Shown piece after piece: positions 1 through 13,199 of a stretch of 64,000 bases of DNA. The notes under the pieces were generated by a model. The model was not told the origin of the DNA. It saw only the letters and a program-made list of their open reading frames with translations, and did not search any database. The DNA lies in contig NW_003314298.1 of NCBI RefSeq assembly GCF_000143415.4, positions 62,001 through 126,000 on the forward strand, written 5' to 3'. The DNA is from Selaginella moellendorffii. Taxonomy: Eukaryota; Plantae; Lycopodiophyta. Position 1 is the first letter of the stretch; every line of letters starts with the position of its first letter. Position numbers and translations under genes: made by a program.

Positions 1-386
1 CACTCCTTCTAACTCTCATTGTCTAGAGTTTGACTACCATTCTGTTCCACGACACCGGAAAAGAACTAAGGAACATGGAGTGGAAGAGGTGTCAGTTATT
101 ACACAAGTCTAGTGCTAGAGGTTGAAAAGGTTATTTCTCGTGAGCCAATTTCTTGTATCAACTGGGCAATTCAAAAAGTCAGTGCCAAGAGCAATGCACA
201 TTGCTCCGGAATGATTGGGAGTCAAGGTTAGTGTCTCGCATTTGTGCCCTCAGATTCAAGTTCTTTAGCAGTGCCATGTTTCTGGGGCTGTCGAGATCTA
301 GGGGTGAAGGGCTGCTGAAGTCAAGCTAGATTTATTGTTGTGGGACTGATGTTACTCATACAAGCCGGATCCATAGCTCAATTATT

Positions 387-917
387 TTGAAGCCAGATTC
401 TGTGCCAAAGGAGTGGCTAGTTGAGCGAAGCTGCAATCTTTTGAAAGAAGAGATTGAAAGTCTGGAGAGAGTAGGTTTCAAGCTAAAGACTTCTTCAAAT
501 GTTGTTGTTAATATTACTATGCCACCAATATCAACACTAGACCGGCATACACGACCAGCTAGGAATGGAAAGGCTATACTATACAGGTCTTCCATTTCAA
601 AAGGTGCACAAGAGAAGATCAAGCTAGAAAAAGAGTTGAAGTGCACAATCATAAAGACAAACTACATCAGTGCTGTGGCTAAGGAGTTTGTTGTTATGAT
701 TGAGTCGTCAAAGGGTACAAGCTACACTGTCAAAATCTGTAAAAATCCATCCTGTACTTATCCAGATTTTATACAAAGGGAAAATAGGGGAAAGGTATAT
801 TTAGCCTGCAAGCACATCTCTTACATTTTGATGCAAGAACTAAACCAAGATCCTAAGATCAACCATCACATCCACCAGGCTAGCCTTACAATTGTAAAGC
901 TTAAGAAGTTTTTTTAG
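387..917 (+). pseudogene. SWIM zinc-finger-containing remnant (possibly transposon-derived)
   Basis: YTVKICKNPSCTYPDF...LACKHISYIL resembles SWIM CxC...CxH with the second Cys changed to Tyr. The ORF has no ATG at its start, and the upstream sequence has stops. Confidence 0.5.
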
Positions 918-1049
918 ATTGCTTTTAGTGTTCGGATTTATATTTGTATTTTATTGGTCAAATTTACTTGGAAATATAGATTAAATAAAAATTTGAAAAA
1001 TGAAAAGATGTTAGTTCGGGACGAACCAATGTTTTCCTTGTGTTTGAGA

Positions 1050-4000
1050 AGCGGTGAGCTCATGAGCTCAAAACCTACCTAGGCTCCTGCCTAAGAACTC
1101 GAATCCTCCCACGTACCTCATCATTAGTGACGTCCAACATCACTTGCATCTCACATATTGGGAGCAGTGTATCTCCTCTGGTGGTGTGAAAGGGTTGTCT
1201 TGTGTTGTGCTCTGGTGAAGCAATGAACCACACCTCAACCTCCCAAGCTGATGTAGGTGCTGTGACCCCTCGGGTCTATATCCCCTGCTCTTCCCACTCT
1301 ATTTGCCATTGGATTTCCACAAAGTCTCCTACTTTGAGGCATCTCCTCGACCATGTCGTCTCTCCTTAGCACTATTCATGACTCAAAGGAGTTGTAGAAT
1401 GTCCAATAGGATGTTATGCCACTTCTACAGTCTGAACACTTATGTCCTCTTCTTTATTTGCCACCAATCCCTGTCGATCAATCCAGTTAGTTGCTTCATG
1501 GTCCAAAAACCATTCAAATGCATTTTTCTCCAGATTGTGTGATGTGCCTCCTGCCCTAGGGTAACATCTCCCATTTGGAACAATGTGTTGAAGAATAGGG
1601 GCTGGTTAAGCCACTCCTTGACTCTACTTGGCAGCATGTGCTCCAATGGAAAAGCTCTCCACAATCTGTGTATACTCTAGATGATGTTGTCCCCTTTCAC
1701 TACCTATGTCAGCCCATTTGCAAAGAGCTACTGAGGGTCTTCCTTCCAAGTTTTGGCTGTGTTGTCCTTAGGGCATATCACTAGGAGACTTTGTCAAAAC
1801 ATTAGTCACCATGGCTGCCTCCCCGGTTGCAGGCCCATGAGAATGATCTTATATCTCAGCGTCTTTGCCATGTCACTGGGGTCAATGATCCCGAGCCCCC
1901 TAGGATCCATGGCCGTGCTATGGATTGCCATGCCACCTTGGCCATGGTCCACTCTAAGGCCAAGGTTCCCCATCATACGTAGATTCTCACCATCTATCTC
2001 ACCTTCTATAGTGTGGTCTCTCGCACCAGCCAAATCGAGAGGTGATACCAGATGCTGGGGAGGATCACACTCTTGACTACTATGATTCTCGCTAGGAGAG
2101 CCCAAGTTTCCTTGGGGCCCATTTCTGAACTGCAGTCCTAATCCTCCTAAGTAGCATATAGTCCTATGCAGCTACATTGTACTGGATCCTTACCTGGATG
2201 CCCAGGTAGCAGGTGTCTTCACCCTACCGAAGCCACTAGAAACTGAACTCCTGTCCCCAAGCTTCGATGCCTGGCTTTCCCCAATTCACCCCAACTAACT
2301 TATTCTAGTTGATAGCAGCTCCTGCCGCCATGTTGAAAATCTCCAGTTTGGACTTCGCTGCATTGAGATTCCCCATGTGGCAAGCAGGAATAACACAGTG
2401 TCGTCTGCAAATGCCCCATCCTGCAGCTCCCATGTCATGTCTTATGTTCCCAAAAGCTATAGCTGTTCAGTGGGTAAAACCAGTCCCTTGATATCTCCTC
2501 CATATGCCAGGAAAGAGCCCAGCGTCTCTGCAAGAATCAGAAACAAGTAGGGGGTGTCCCTATCTCACTAAGTGTCCCAAATGGAAGGTTGAACTAGACT
2601 CTCCATTTAATATGACCTAACTTGATGCTCCCATGTACAGTAGTGAGATGCTCAATACAGTCATTGCCAGGATCCCTATCCTCCATATGCAGTCCTCCAG
2701 GAAGTCCCAGTCTACTCAATCATATGCTTTCTCGAAGTCTAGCAGCCATGCCACAATTTGCTAGTTTGAAACATTTGCCCACCATTGTGCAAGAAGGTAC
2801 ATCCAGATGTTTTCCACAATCTGTCTTCCCAGCACAAATCTTGTCTGCTGTTCTCTGATCATGAGAGGCATGACTGGCTGCAGCTTGAGCGCCATTGGTT
2901 TTGCATATATCTTGTACAATGTGTTAAGCATGGTTATGGGGTGCCAATTCCTGAGTTCCTGGAAGTCTCCATGTTTCGGGATCAGTGCAATTTATCCCTC
3001 TAGTACCTCTCTAGGCAACACCCCCATTCACTGTGTGCCCCACCATGTCTCTATGAGCATTGGGCCTATCTCGTCCCAATACTCCTCATAAAACACCGGG
3101 AGGAGGCTGGCATCTTATCGTCATTCAGCTATTCTAGGGCCTGGTGGAGGTCTTCCAATGAAAAATCTGCCACCAGCATCTCCAGGTACTTGTTGGGAAC
3201 TCTGCATGGGAGAGAGGACAGCACCCTACTTGCCGCATCTCTCCTGTCCTGGGCCACATACAGCCTTTGGTAGAACTCTTGTGCCAACCATTGCATCCCT
3301 TGTTGGTCCTCTATTACTTTTCCATCATCCTTCCTCAATCCCAAGATTGGGGGAGAGTCAATGATTGGACAGATCCCCTTGTAGAAGGCTTTATTAAGGA
3401 GCCTCTCATTCATCACCCAACTGTCCTCCATGGTGCATAGTCTAGAACTCCATGCTGCATATTCTTTGTCCTGCAGCTCACGTTCCCTCTCATCTAGTGT
3501 TGTTGTCCATCTATCCACATCATTTGCACTCAATACCATTCTTTGGGCTGTTGCCACCTTTTATCTCACTAGCCTCACCTCCTTCAGGACTTCCCCTTTG
3601 AGTGCTACCTACCTTTCCCAAAGTTTAGTGGAGCAAATACTCAATGCCAAAATAAGTTCCCCTTTACATTTGTCCAGTGATTCCTAGACAAGCTTTAACA
3701 CTACCTAGTTAGCCAATCTAGCTTTGGTAATCCTCCATTGCACCACCATTCCCTTCTCGGCTTATAGTTTAAGGACGTCTCAGAGTGGGTCGTGGTCCGA
3801 AAAGGTGGCAAATGCAGGTTATGTTTTGGGCCCCCCACCATCTTGTCAGCCTAGTGGAGGCGTAAATCCTGTCCAAGTGTGCTTAGCACCTCGTTAATTG
3901 CCATCTTGTGAATGGATGGGAATGAGCAGCATGCTGGAAGTTTAGGATTCCCAAAGCTTCCACTAGCACTGTCCAACTCTTCCACTCTCACCCCTGAATG

Positions 4001-4050
4001 GTTTTCAGTGAACCTCAATGGTCACTCAAATCCTCAACCATGTTGAAATC
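1050..4050 (-). mobile_element. Degenerate L1-clade LINE (ORF2 endonuclease + reverse transcriptase), boundaries approximate
   Basis: Minus-strand motifs in L1 order: HLDRIYA and SDH (APE end, ~3790-3880), GKVIEDQQGMQWLAQEFYQRLY (~3270-3330), IREQQTRFVLGRQIVENI (~2810-2865), LLDFEKAYD*VDW (~2705-2745), YLFLILAETL (~2520-2550), AFADDT (~2395-2415). Many stops and frameshifts. Confidence 0.85.
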
Positions 4051-4438
4051 TCCTACCAAGTCTCCTACCATGAGCCACTCATCCACTCTTTGAGTGCTCT
4101 GCTGTTTTGGGCCCCTACCCCTAACTTTCCCCTCCCTCCCAGCCACTCTTGGCACCACCAAAAGATCTCAGGTGAGCTGCTTCCATCCAAGTCGCCCTTT
4201 CCCTCCTTGAGAAAGAAACATCTTTGCTGCATCTAGGAAAAAGCACACCAGCAGGATGGTGGTCATGGAAGTTAAAATCCTGGATGAAGTGCTTCTTGGA
4301 AGATTTTCTGGATGCCATTAAAAACTTTGCCTTTTGAGCATCGGTCTGGCCAGGAGAATCAAGCAAGCATCGCCTCCATCACCATTTTTTAGTCGACTGT
4401 AATTAGTTTTTCTTGCATAACCATCCTATGCTAGCCTG

Positions 4439-5890
4439 TTAGCGGAACTCGTCATGGTCTTGATACTCTTCATGGGAATCCTGTGGCGTGAAGGCTGTGC
4501 TGTAGAAGACGTAAGGATGTTCTAGCATCTCATGCAAAGTCAGCACCCCGTCCTTGTTCTCGTCTGCCTGGACACAGCATGCAATAGCATTACGTTCTGC
4601 ACCAATTCCCAGCACAACAAGCCCACACACCTGCTGTACCAAGTACTCAGCTTGCTGCCGGGCGTAAAAGCTTTCTCCTGGATGAAGCTTCCCCATTATT
4701 GGCTCCAGCTCGTCTTCCGTGAGGAACCTGCATCAGGGCGATCAAAAAACAAGATGATGTAGCTACAGTAGCTGCTTGTTACCCGTCCATGTTCCTGTCC
4801 AGCTCCTTAAACTTGTCGCGTCTGTCAGTAACATCGTGTCCCTGGTGTAGATGGCTGAGGTCCTCCCCGTAATACCTGAGGACGTCGTACACATGATCAA
4901 ACTCATCCAGGCTCAGCTTCCCATCCTTGTCGTGGTCACTCTCCCTGACACCAGAAAGACGCACGCAACAAAGTAAGAAGAAGCAGGCCCGCAGGGGAAT
5001 GGAGGCGCACCCACCGTATCTGCTCGCGGCGCAACCAGTGGTGCAGCTTGGGATTACGGCTGTCTTCTGGGTGCAAGAAGCTGCCAAGATGGTTTTGTTA
5101 TAACATGACACACAAAGAGGCTGTTAAAGATGCACGAGAAGCATACTCGTTAAACTCCGTGTGGTTGAGGAAGCCGTCGCCGTTGGCGTCAGCCATGTCG
5201 AAGTGTTCCTTCCACCAGCCTGGCTCGCCATGATCGGTGCTAGCGTTCACTGGAGCGGACGGGAGGTTCCTTAGAGCTAGTAAAATTAGCACAGAGGGGC
5301 TTACCGAGGGCCTCGGCGGACAGGTGAGGGAGATAGTCGAGCAGAGATACGAGGCCGTCCTTGTTCCTGTCGCGCATCTCAAACTCCCTGTCGGTGCGCT
5401 GCTTGCTCAGCTTGCGAGCCTGCTGGACGTGCCAGTCCTGCAGCTCGCCCAGGCTCACCACGTTGTCCCTGGGATCCGTGTCCAAGAGAGGGAAAAGGAG
5501 CTCCAGCCGGTGTGAGATGTTAAACTGGTGCTCGTCGTTGAGGTAGTCGTCTTCGTCACCCTCATGGCCATCCCAGTGGCTGGGCTGCTCTTCGTGACCC
5601 TGGGCATGATGCTGACCATCGTGCGTCGCCCCCGTCTCATTCCACGACTTGTACAGCTCCTGGAAGTGGTCCCGTTCCCAATCCCTGTTCTCCCTCAGCC
5701 ACTCGAGCCGCGCAACCACCGGATCGAACGCCACGCTCTCGTGGTGACTGGCATTGGCCTTGGAGGCCAGTGTGCTGCGAACGATGAGCCGGCGACCTAG
5801 GCCGTGCCTGCGGGGATCTTTCTTGGAGAAGATGAACAAGGACAGGAAACCCAGCACCAACAAGGTGTAGACGATGCTCGCACGCACCAT
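4439..5890 (-). CDS. Calumenin/reticulocalbin-like secretory EF-hand Ca-binding protein (about 6 exons)
   Basis: N-terminal signal/anchor MVRASIVYTLLVLGFLSLFIF. Several EF loops: DRNKDGLVSLLDY, DANGDGFLNHTEF, DHDKDGKLSLDEF, DENKDGVLTLHEM. Ends in HDEFR. GT-AG introns, e.g. 5240-5304. Confidence 0.9.
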
Positions 5891-5991
5891 CTTCGGAGAC
5901 CTACCTCGACCTCGAGAGTTCCGATGTGTTTCATTAGGGCAAGCCCAGCGATCTAGGCCTGGCTAGCAAGGAAATGGTCAACAGCGTCTCT

Positions 5992-6609
5992 CTATCGCCA
6001 AACGCGTCGCCTCTTTGCACGGGAATGGAGACCAGCTTCCCTGGACGTGACGTGAGCTTCGAACCGGATCTGATCAGGGAATTCTCTCAGCTGTACACTC
6101 TCTCTTTTTCACTTTACCTGGTCACGGTCCCTGACACCCACATCCCTCAAGACGGTCGAATCGCCCACGAGTTTGACATTCCCATGGCAAAGGCAGAAGC
6201 TCCCCCACACATGCCTCCTGGAAGGTCAGCCAGCCATCGCTCCAATCCCGATCACAAAAGAAGAGAAAACTGCGTACCACGAGAAATGCCGGTGCCCCAG
6301 CTCTTGTTCCTCCAGCTCGTTGATTCTCTTGGTGATTGCAGCCTTCAAACTTCGCACAGTCGCAGTGGGTGGGGCAAGCACATCTGACCACCACAAATCG
6401 TCATATTGGCTTGTAGCAATTGACGTACCAAAGGAGGAGGCGTCCATTCTAACCACTGACAGGCGCATTGCATTCCCCAGCTCCGCGCTGACGAGCGCGT
6501 CCACGGTCGCAAGGTCCGGGTTGTGTGGCACATCCGGCAGCAGGAGAGGGTCCTGGGCAAGCGTGCTCAAAAGCGCCGCGTAGTGGGATGTGCTGTGCTG
6601 CTCCTCCAT
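5992..6609 (-). CDS. SNRNP25: U11/U12 snRNP 25 kDa-like ubiquitin-fold protein (spliced)
   Basis: DPLLLPDVP...VDALVSAELGNAMRLSVVRMD...ATVRSLKAAI...GHRHFSW, joined by splicing to RHVWGSFCL. The predicted last exon IRFEAHVTSREAGLHSRAKRRRVWR* stops at 5992. Confidence 0.8.
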
Positions 6610-6670
6610 CTTCTAAAAACAAGTAGCCCTAGGTAAACGTGTGACATATAGGAGAAGATAAGTATCGAGT

Positions 6671-7932
6671 ATGGAGATGCAAGGATCGATGCCGGTCATA
6701 CAATATGTCAAGTTTGGAGGAGATCTGGAGGTATCAAGATCTGTAATCCTTTCAAAATCATCACTTCTGCCCTTGGGAATTTGTCTAGAAAGGACATGCA
6801 CCAGTTCCCTCGCCGGGACCTGGAGAGTTACTTGTAAAGGTCCAAGCTGCAAGCCTCAACCCAGTGGACTGGAAAATCCAGCAAGGAAAGTATAAGACCC
6901 TCAACATTCCAGCCCAATTCCCCTATATACCATGTAAGCGCAGTTGCCCAGAGTGCTCGATGATACACCCACACATCAATTCCCAGGTTCAGATATCAGT
7001 GGCGAGGTTGTAAGCCTTGGTCCTGGTGTAACTGGTTTCAGTGTTGGAGACAAGGTTGTCAGCTATCTAGACCACAAGGTAAATCTTTCTTGTTAACCTG
7101 GTGTTTGTGCTTAAAAGCAATCGGTCCAAATGATAATTGCACAACTAGAGAGGAGGTGGCCTTGCCAAATATGCTTCTGCAGAGGTGCGGTTTACCACAA
7201 GAATTCCATCTCAAATCTCGCCGATTGAGGCAGCTGGCCTTCCAATCGCTGGTCTTACAGCCTTGTACAGCTTGCAAGAGGCCGCGGGCATAGCAATACC
7301 AAGCAAAGACTTTCAGGGCACCATTCTTGTCACTGCAGCTTCAGGGGGAGTGGGAACATATGCGGTGCAGGTGCGTACTTCAATTCAGATAACCGTATGG
7401 TTTACTAGGATTGAGTTCTGTACAAATTGAACAGCTCGCAAAGCTCACTGGTGCTCATGTGGTGGCTACATGCGGGAGCCGCAACATTGACCTCATCAAA
7501 AGCTTAGGTGCTGATGAGGTTCTCGACTACAAAACACCTCAAGGGGCCAAACTCCAGAGCTCCTCTTGCTCCAAGTTTGATGTCATTATCCACTGCGCTT
7601 ACCATCGACCGCCCTGGTCCACCTTTGAGCATGTTCTTACTCGCAAGGGGATTGTTGTGGACATCACCCCGGCTAGCGAATCTACCACAAGCAGCCTCAA
7701 ACGCAAATTTGACAAGGCAGTGAAGTTGATCACGAGCCAAGAGGCAATCGGTTCCTTGGTCCCTTTGTATTTGACCCCTCACACATCGGGTATAGAAGCT
7801 CTCGTGGACATGATGCAGAAGGGCAAGTTAAAAACAATCATTGACTCGGTCCATCCGATTTCCAACGTTACAGCTGCCTGGTTCAAGTGCATGGAAGGCC
7901 ATGCCACTGGAAAGATTGTTGTCACTCTGTAA
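6671..7932 (+). CDS. Zn-independent MDR-family NADPH quinone/alkenal oxidoreductase, ceQORH-like (spliced)
   Basis: VPSPGPGELLVKVQAASLNPVDWKIQ, EAAGLPIAGLTAL, ILVTAASGGVGTYAVQ, SLGADEVLDYKTP, GHATGKIVV. Confidence 0.9.
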
Positions 7933-8143
7933 TATATTACAGCCCTCTTGTGACCAAGTGTGTAGAAGAGTAGTTGTCAAAAAATCTACACTCAGTATAC
8001 TTATATTGAGATTTGTAACTAAGACAATATCAAAGACGTTGCCGTCTTCGGATAACAAACAGGTCGAAATGAATGGGAAGTACTGACCAAGTTTGAGTTG
8101 AACATATGTTGCCAATTCGTCAAACAGGCCTTGGAATCTTGCT

Positions 8144-8150
8144 TATATAA
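8144..8150 (+). promoter_or_regulatory. Putative TATA box of the P450 gene
   Basis: TATATAA about 70 bp upstream of the ATG at 8220. Confidence 0.5.
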
Positions 8151-8219
8151 TACCTACAATCGTGCTCTGATCAAAACAGAGAGCTCTAGATCCATCCACC
8201 AGAAGAGAGCCATTTAATC

Positions 8220-9740
8220 ATGGTCATGGAGCAAGTCTGCACCAAGCCACAGCTGCCGCCCCAGCTGCCTCCTTCTCCAACTGGGCTCCCATTCATTGGA
8301 CATCTGCATCTCTTGGGTAAGCTACCGCATCAATCCCTCCTCAAGCTCGCCCAGCAATATGGAGATGTCATGTTCCTCAAGCTTGGTAAAGTGAACACCC
8401 TGGTCGTTTCCTCATCCGATAGTGCCAAGGAAGTTCTCAACACCCAGGACCATATTTTTGGTTCGCGCCCCAAGACGACCTTCAGCGAGACAATCGGCTA
8501 CGGTGGAGCTGGCCTGGCATTTGCAAACGGAGAAAACTGGAAGAGCACACGGAAGGTGTGCATGTACGAGGTTCTCACCACCAAGCGTGTGGAATCGTTC
8601 CACCCTATCCGCAAGTTCGAGGTGTCGCTCTTCATGAACGAGCTGCTCAAGGCATCGCGAGAGGGGTCTGCGGTGGATCTGAGCAGCAAGCTGTCGGATC
8701 TCACCTTCAATGTCATCTCAACAATGGTGTTGGGTAAGAGCTACTCGGCTAGCGCTCTCAGTGAGGCCGAGAAGAAAGAGACCATGTTTTTCAAGGAGAC
8801 CCTCGACGAGGCTGCCATTATGGCTGGCTTCCATGCAGGCGACTACCTACCAATCCCCGACTGGATGGATACGCAAGTCAACAAGATCAAGCAGTTGCAG
8901 CGGGATCTGGACCAGTTCATCCAGAAGGAGGTTGAATCGCACCGTCAGCGGCGGGATCCTGGCCAAGCCCCACGGGACTTTGTGGATGTTCTCTTGTCTA
9001 ACAGCCATATCAGTGACACCTCTATCAAAGCACTGATTGTGGTAAGTGCCGCTGACTTGGGTTGACTGGCGTTGACATGAATATGTGTTTGTGTACAGGA
9101 CATGGTGGGTGGAGGGACCGAGAGCTCCGCTGTGTCAGTTGTTTGGGCATTAGCCGAGCTGATCAAGAACCCACGGCTCATGGAAAGAGCCCAGAGGGAG
9201 CTCAAGGAGGTGGTAGGAGAGGATCGAAGCCTGGAAGAATCGGACATTCCCAACCTGCCTTTCCTGCAGGCGATTGTCAAGGAAACAATGCGCCTGCATC
9301 CCCCAGGGCCGCTGCTCATTCCGCACGAGTCAACCGAAGAGTGCGAAATAGGAGGCTACACCGTCCCAGCACGCACACGGACAGTGGTCAACATCTACGC
9401 CATCGCCAGGGACGAAGACAACTGGGAGGATCCTCTCAATTTTGATCCAGATCGCTTCATGGGCAGCAACATCGATCTCAAAGGAAGACACTTTGAGTAC
9501 CTTCCGTTTGGCTCGGGCCGGAGAATATGCCCCGGGCTCATGCTTGCAATGGCCACGGTCCAGTTCATTCTGGGCAGCGTGTTGCATGGGTTCAACTGGC
9601 GCCTTCCCAGCGGCCAGACAATCGACGACCTCGACATGTCCGAGTCGTTTGGGCTCACCGTGCCCAAGGCAGTGCCTCTCAAGTTGGTTCCTTCGCCACG
9701 CTTGGAGCCACAGATCTATGTCAAGTCGCTGTCCTCCTAA
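8220..9740 (+). CDS. Cytochrome P450, CYP71 clan (exons 8220-9041 and 9099-9740)
   Basis: PPSPTGLPFIGHLHLL hinge, I-helix GGTESS, KETMR (ExxR), PDRF, heme motif PFGSGRRICPG. A single 57-bp phase-0 intron precedes the I-helix D, as is typical of A-type P450s. Confidence 0.95.
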
Positions 9741-9800
9741 GACAACGGTTTATATCAATCGACAAAATAAAGAGTCACTTGGTCAAAACGAGATAAAGGC

Positions 9801-10825
9801 ATGTCTTTCGTAGCGAGCCATAGCAGATTCGTGCTGGCTATGGCGCACGTTCCAGATACTCAAGGCCAGGAGATTTCAGGATCAAGGCGGCAGTTAACAC
9901 CCCACGACATGTGGGTGTGGAACGATGTGAATCACTGGAAGCATTGGCATGGCATTTGGGTCATGTGGCAGCCACTCTTGTCCCCTGCGGTGAACAAGGC
10001 CAATCGGTGCATAAGGTCGCTGCGTGCTGACAACGAGGAGCGGACGCGGCTCTACCACCGGAATCAGTGGTTCCCCGTGGAGGATGATGCCAAGACGCCG
10101 GGATACACATGGGCGTATGGGCCATGGATCATGGAGGAGGCCACTCACAGCCTACCCAATGGTATCTGGCACGGCGACAAGGAGGACTTCCGGATCTTAC
10201 AGTTTGAGAACGGTGACCTGGGCTGGCTGCAACTAGAGCTCAAGCCAGACGATCCCAACTGTGTGGTCTTTGGTGAGGTTCACTTCATGCTCCCAGGTGA
10301 GTTCTTTCCTATACGTTGTCAAGTCATTGATATGTACGTGTAGATAAGAATGGTAGAGCGCCCGTCATACTGGGATATGACAAAGACAAGCAGCTGGGAG
10401 CGGCCCTCATGCTGGAAGAAACATTAGAGTCGGATGACAAGCCTCCTCCCGCATGGCACGGCACGGTCTGGGAGCAACCGCGGGCCATGGCGCAACTGGA
10501 GCAGAGCCGTGATCCACCGCAAGGGAAGTTCATCGGCAAAGAGACGATACTAACCACGAGCTTGGTGCAGACCCAAAGGCAGGCCGAGTGGAATGGTTTC
10601 ACTGGAGGAGTGGGCAACCAAGGCCTAGACAACGAGTACGCTCTTGTTCACATGCCTTACAATTTCACAGCATTCGCTCCGGCCAAGCCAGCCATTGGTA
10701 AGGAGCATGCTTTTGGGGTGAGCTGGGTTATGAGTGGTGACGAGGTGAGGATGATCTCCTGGAAGTATGGGGCTGATGGCAAGCTCCAGCATGTCAAGTC
10801 GGGCACTTACTATAAAGTGCAGTAA
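9801..10825 (+). CDS. DUF3598/BFA1-like beta-barrel protein (exons 9801 or 9840-10296 and 10344-10825)
   Basis: A 47-bp GT-AG intron joins the two ORFs in frame (MLP-D-KNGRAPVILGYD). Motifs WHGIW, IRSL, SLPNG, FENG and KYGADG match, in order, the cyanobacterial DUF3598 proteins as I recall them. Confidence 0.6.
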
Positions 10826-10841
10826 GAGTGCAACACTAAGT

Positions 10842-13199
10842 TTATGCTTCTGTGCAATCGTCTTCCAGCTGCATCTCAAGGCTGTCTCCCTTGGACCACA
10901 AGGATCCCAGCTCGCCTCTTCGCCACCCTAGAGCAACGATTGTTCCTGGCGTGGCACAAAAGAGAAACCATCTCTCTCAAAATTTAGAACTTGTAAGCCA
11001 TACCCAGAGTGCAAGGTACGATGTAGAGGAGGGCAGGTTGTCCATGCCCATGCATCACGTTCAATGCAACGTCCGTAAGAAACAAACCTGTACAATTTCC
11101 ACATGACATTGTGTTCACAAAAGCCAGAGTATAATGGATGCTCACCCAGGCCATAGCCTATTATCGACCACAAAAAGTAACCATCTCGCAAGCTTTTTCT
11201 AGTCACTGTGTCGAACCTGCAATGGTGAGTGTTAAAAAATGACCTCTTGTATTCCCCATACCTCAGAGCAAAGGATATTAAAAGCCCTGGAAGTAGTATA
11301 TCACCAAAGCCTATGATACTGTATCCTCCCCAGGGGTCGTAAATCAGAGGTACTTTAAGGACCATTGGTATGCCTTCTCCAGCGGTTTTGTCACCCCGTG
11401 CAACCTGTGTGCATGGTTAACAATCCATGAAGATTTGCATCACATACATACCACTATCATAACACTTTGTTTGAAAATGAATGGGGAGATAAAAATCCAG
11501 AATATGTCGTAGAAGAAAGCGCATCCCAGAAGGACTGCCGACACCTGAGGGTTCCACAGAGCTCTTAGATAGAGTGTGTGTGTGTGCAACAAGTACTCAC
11601 CTTTATATTTGGAAGGTGCACAATCTGGAGAACAGTGACAATGAGAGCAATGCCCTGCAAAAACGTAGAGCCTCACTTAGATACTCATGACTGGGTCAGT
11701 ATGCCAATTGCACTCACTAGTATATCTTGAGCAATCCACGCAAAGTTTACATGCCGGTACACGGCCCACAGGACAGCGAAGGTGATGCAGAATGGTGACA
11801 CAAGCATTGAGAGAACTGAGACGCTACCAAAGACGGGAAGGACCACAAACTTTCGGCTTGTATGCGTAAACCACCTGGAATGGTTGAGCTAAGGCATATG
11901 TCAGGCACGAATCTAACTCACCTCGAAAGGAAAGCGACCAAGCAAGTTTGTAGCCCCTGTGCATACATAAGATGACGAAACTTTAGAACAAAGACACAAG
12001 TTTACCTCTACTCCACCAAAACAGAAGATGACGACCAGAAGCGTTAAGAACCATTTGGACATAAAAAAGTAGACGAGGATGAGGAACACCGAAGCAAAAA
12101 CCGCAAACAGGACTGCCGACGTAACGGTGACATAGAGACCATTGCCGGCTGGAGTCGCGGCCACCGTGGAGGTGTGAGTAAGCGGAGCGTCTGGAGCGTC
12201 CTGCGTCCACCACCCAACCGGGAACTCTAAAACTTAGTTTGCCCGCACACTGTGTACCTTTAGCCGTTTACAGCGCTCGTGAGCAGCCTCTTTTGCCTCC
12301 CAGGCAGACCAGAATGACGCACAGAGGATAGTGCCCATGGCGATGAGCCACAGGCATACTTCGGCAACATCCACCAGGGGCCTTCCAGGCGAATCCATAA
12401 TCACCCTGACTGGAACGAAAACATTGCAAAGTTGTGAAAACCATGTAGAGTTTCACCTTTCTTGTTGGCCTCCAATGCACTCTGGAGGCTGTTGCCTGCA
12501 GACATGGGCAAAATGGCTGTGGGGATTTTGATGTCCAAGGATGTGTCATTGTCGTAGCACACCATCTTGTAGAGCTCTGTTTTGTAACGTACCACCACCA
12601 CCTTGTATGGTCAGGCACGAGTGAGAGTTCCAAGCCTTACCTTCCCTGTCGTTGAAGACGAGCAAGGCCACAGCGCCGGCAGACTGGGCAACTCGAGCCT
12701 TGGTGGTGAAGGAGCAGCCACCCCTCTGGACCAGAGCAGCGCCTTCCAGCTGCACAAACCACAGCGCACCAACATTAACATTGCCTTTGAGGCCTGCGTC
12801 GGTACCACTTGCCCGCTGAGACGTGTTGACACAGCCATCCGGTGAATCCAGCAGAGCCAGGGGCAGGAAGTGTTCTTCACGCCCCAGCGTCTTGAAGGAA
12901 GCTCCAAACCTGGCACTGATCCCCACATACTCCTTGGATTCCACCGCGTCAATCCAATTCCTCACCTTCACCTGCCATAACTCTAACACGCCTCACTGCA
13001 AGCAAGCAAGCGCGGATCACGTTACCAATTCGAAGTTGTTGTCACAGCCCAGATGCTTGGGTGCATCCTCGTCATCGTGAGATACATCATTGTCTCCTCC
13101 TCCTCCGGTGGCGCCACATCTCGATATTAGCACAAAGAGCACCACCACCAAGACACGAGCAGCTCCCAGCTTGTTACTGCCCGGCGAAGAGAGCGCCAT
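10842..13199 (-). CDS. Signal peptide peptidase-like (SPPL) aspartyl protease with PA domain, multi-exon
   Basis: Signal peptide, [11 protein letters not shown] domain ([21 protein letters not shown]), [18 protein letters not shown] (GxGD) and QPALLY. Confidence 0.93.
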
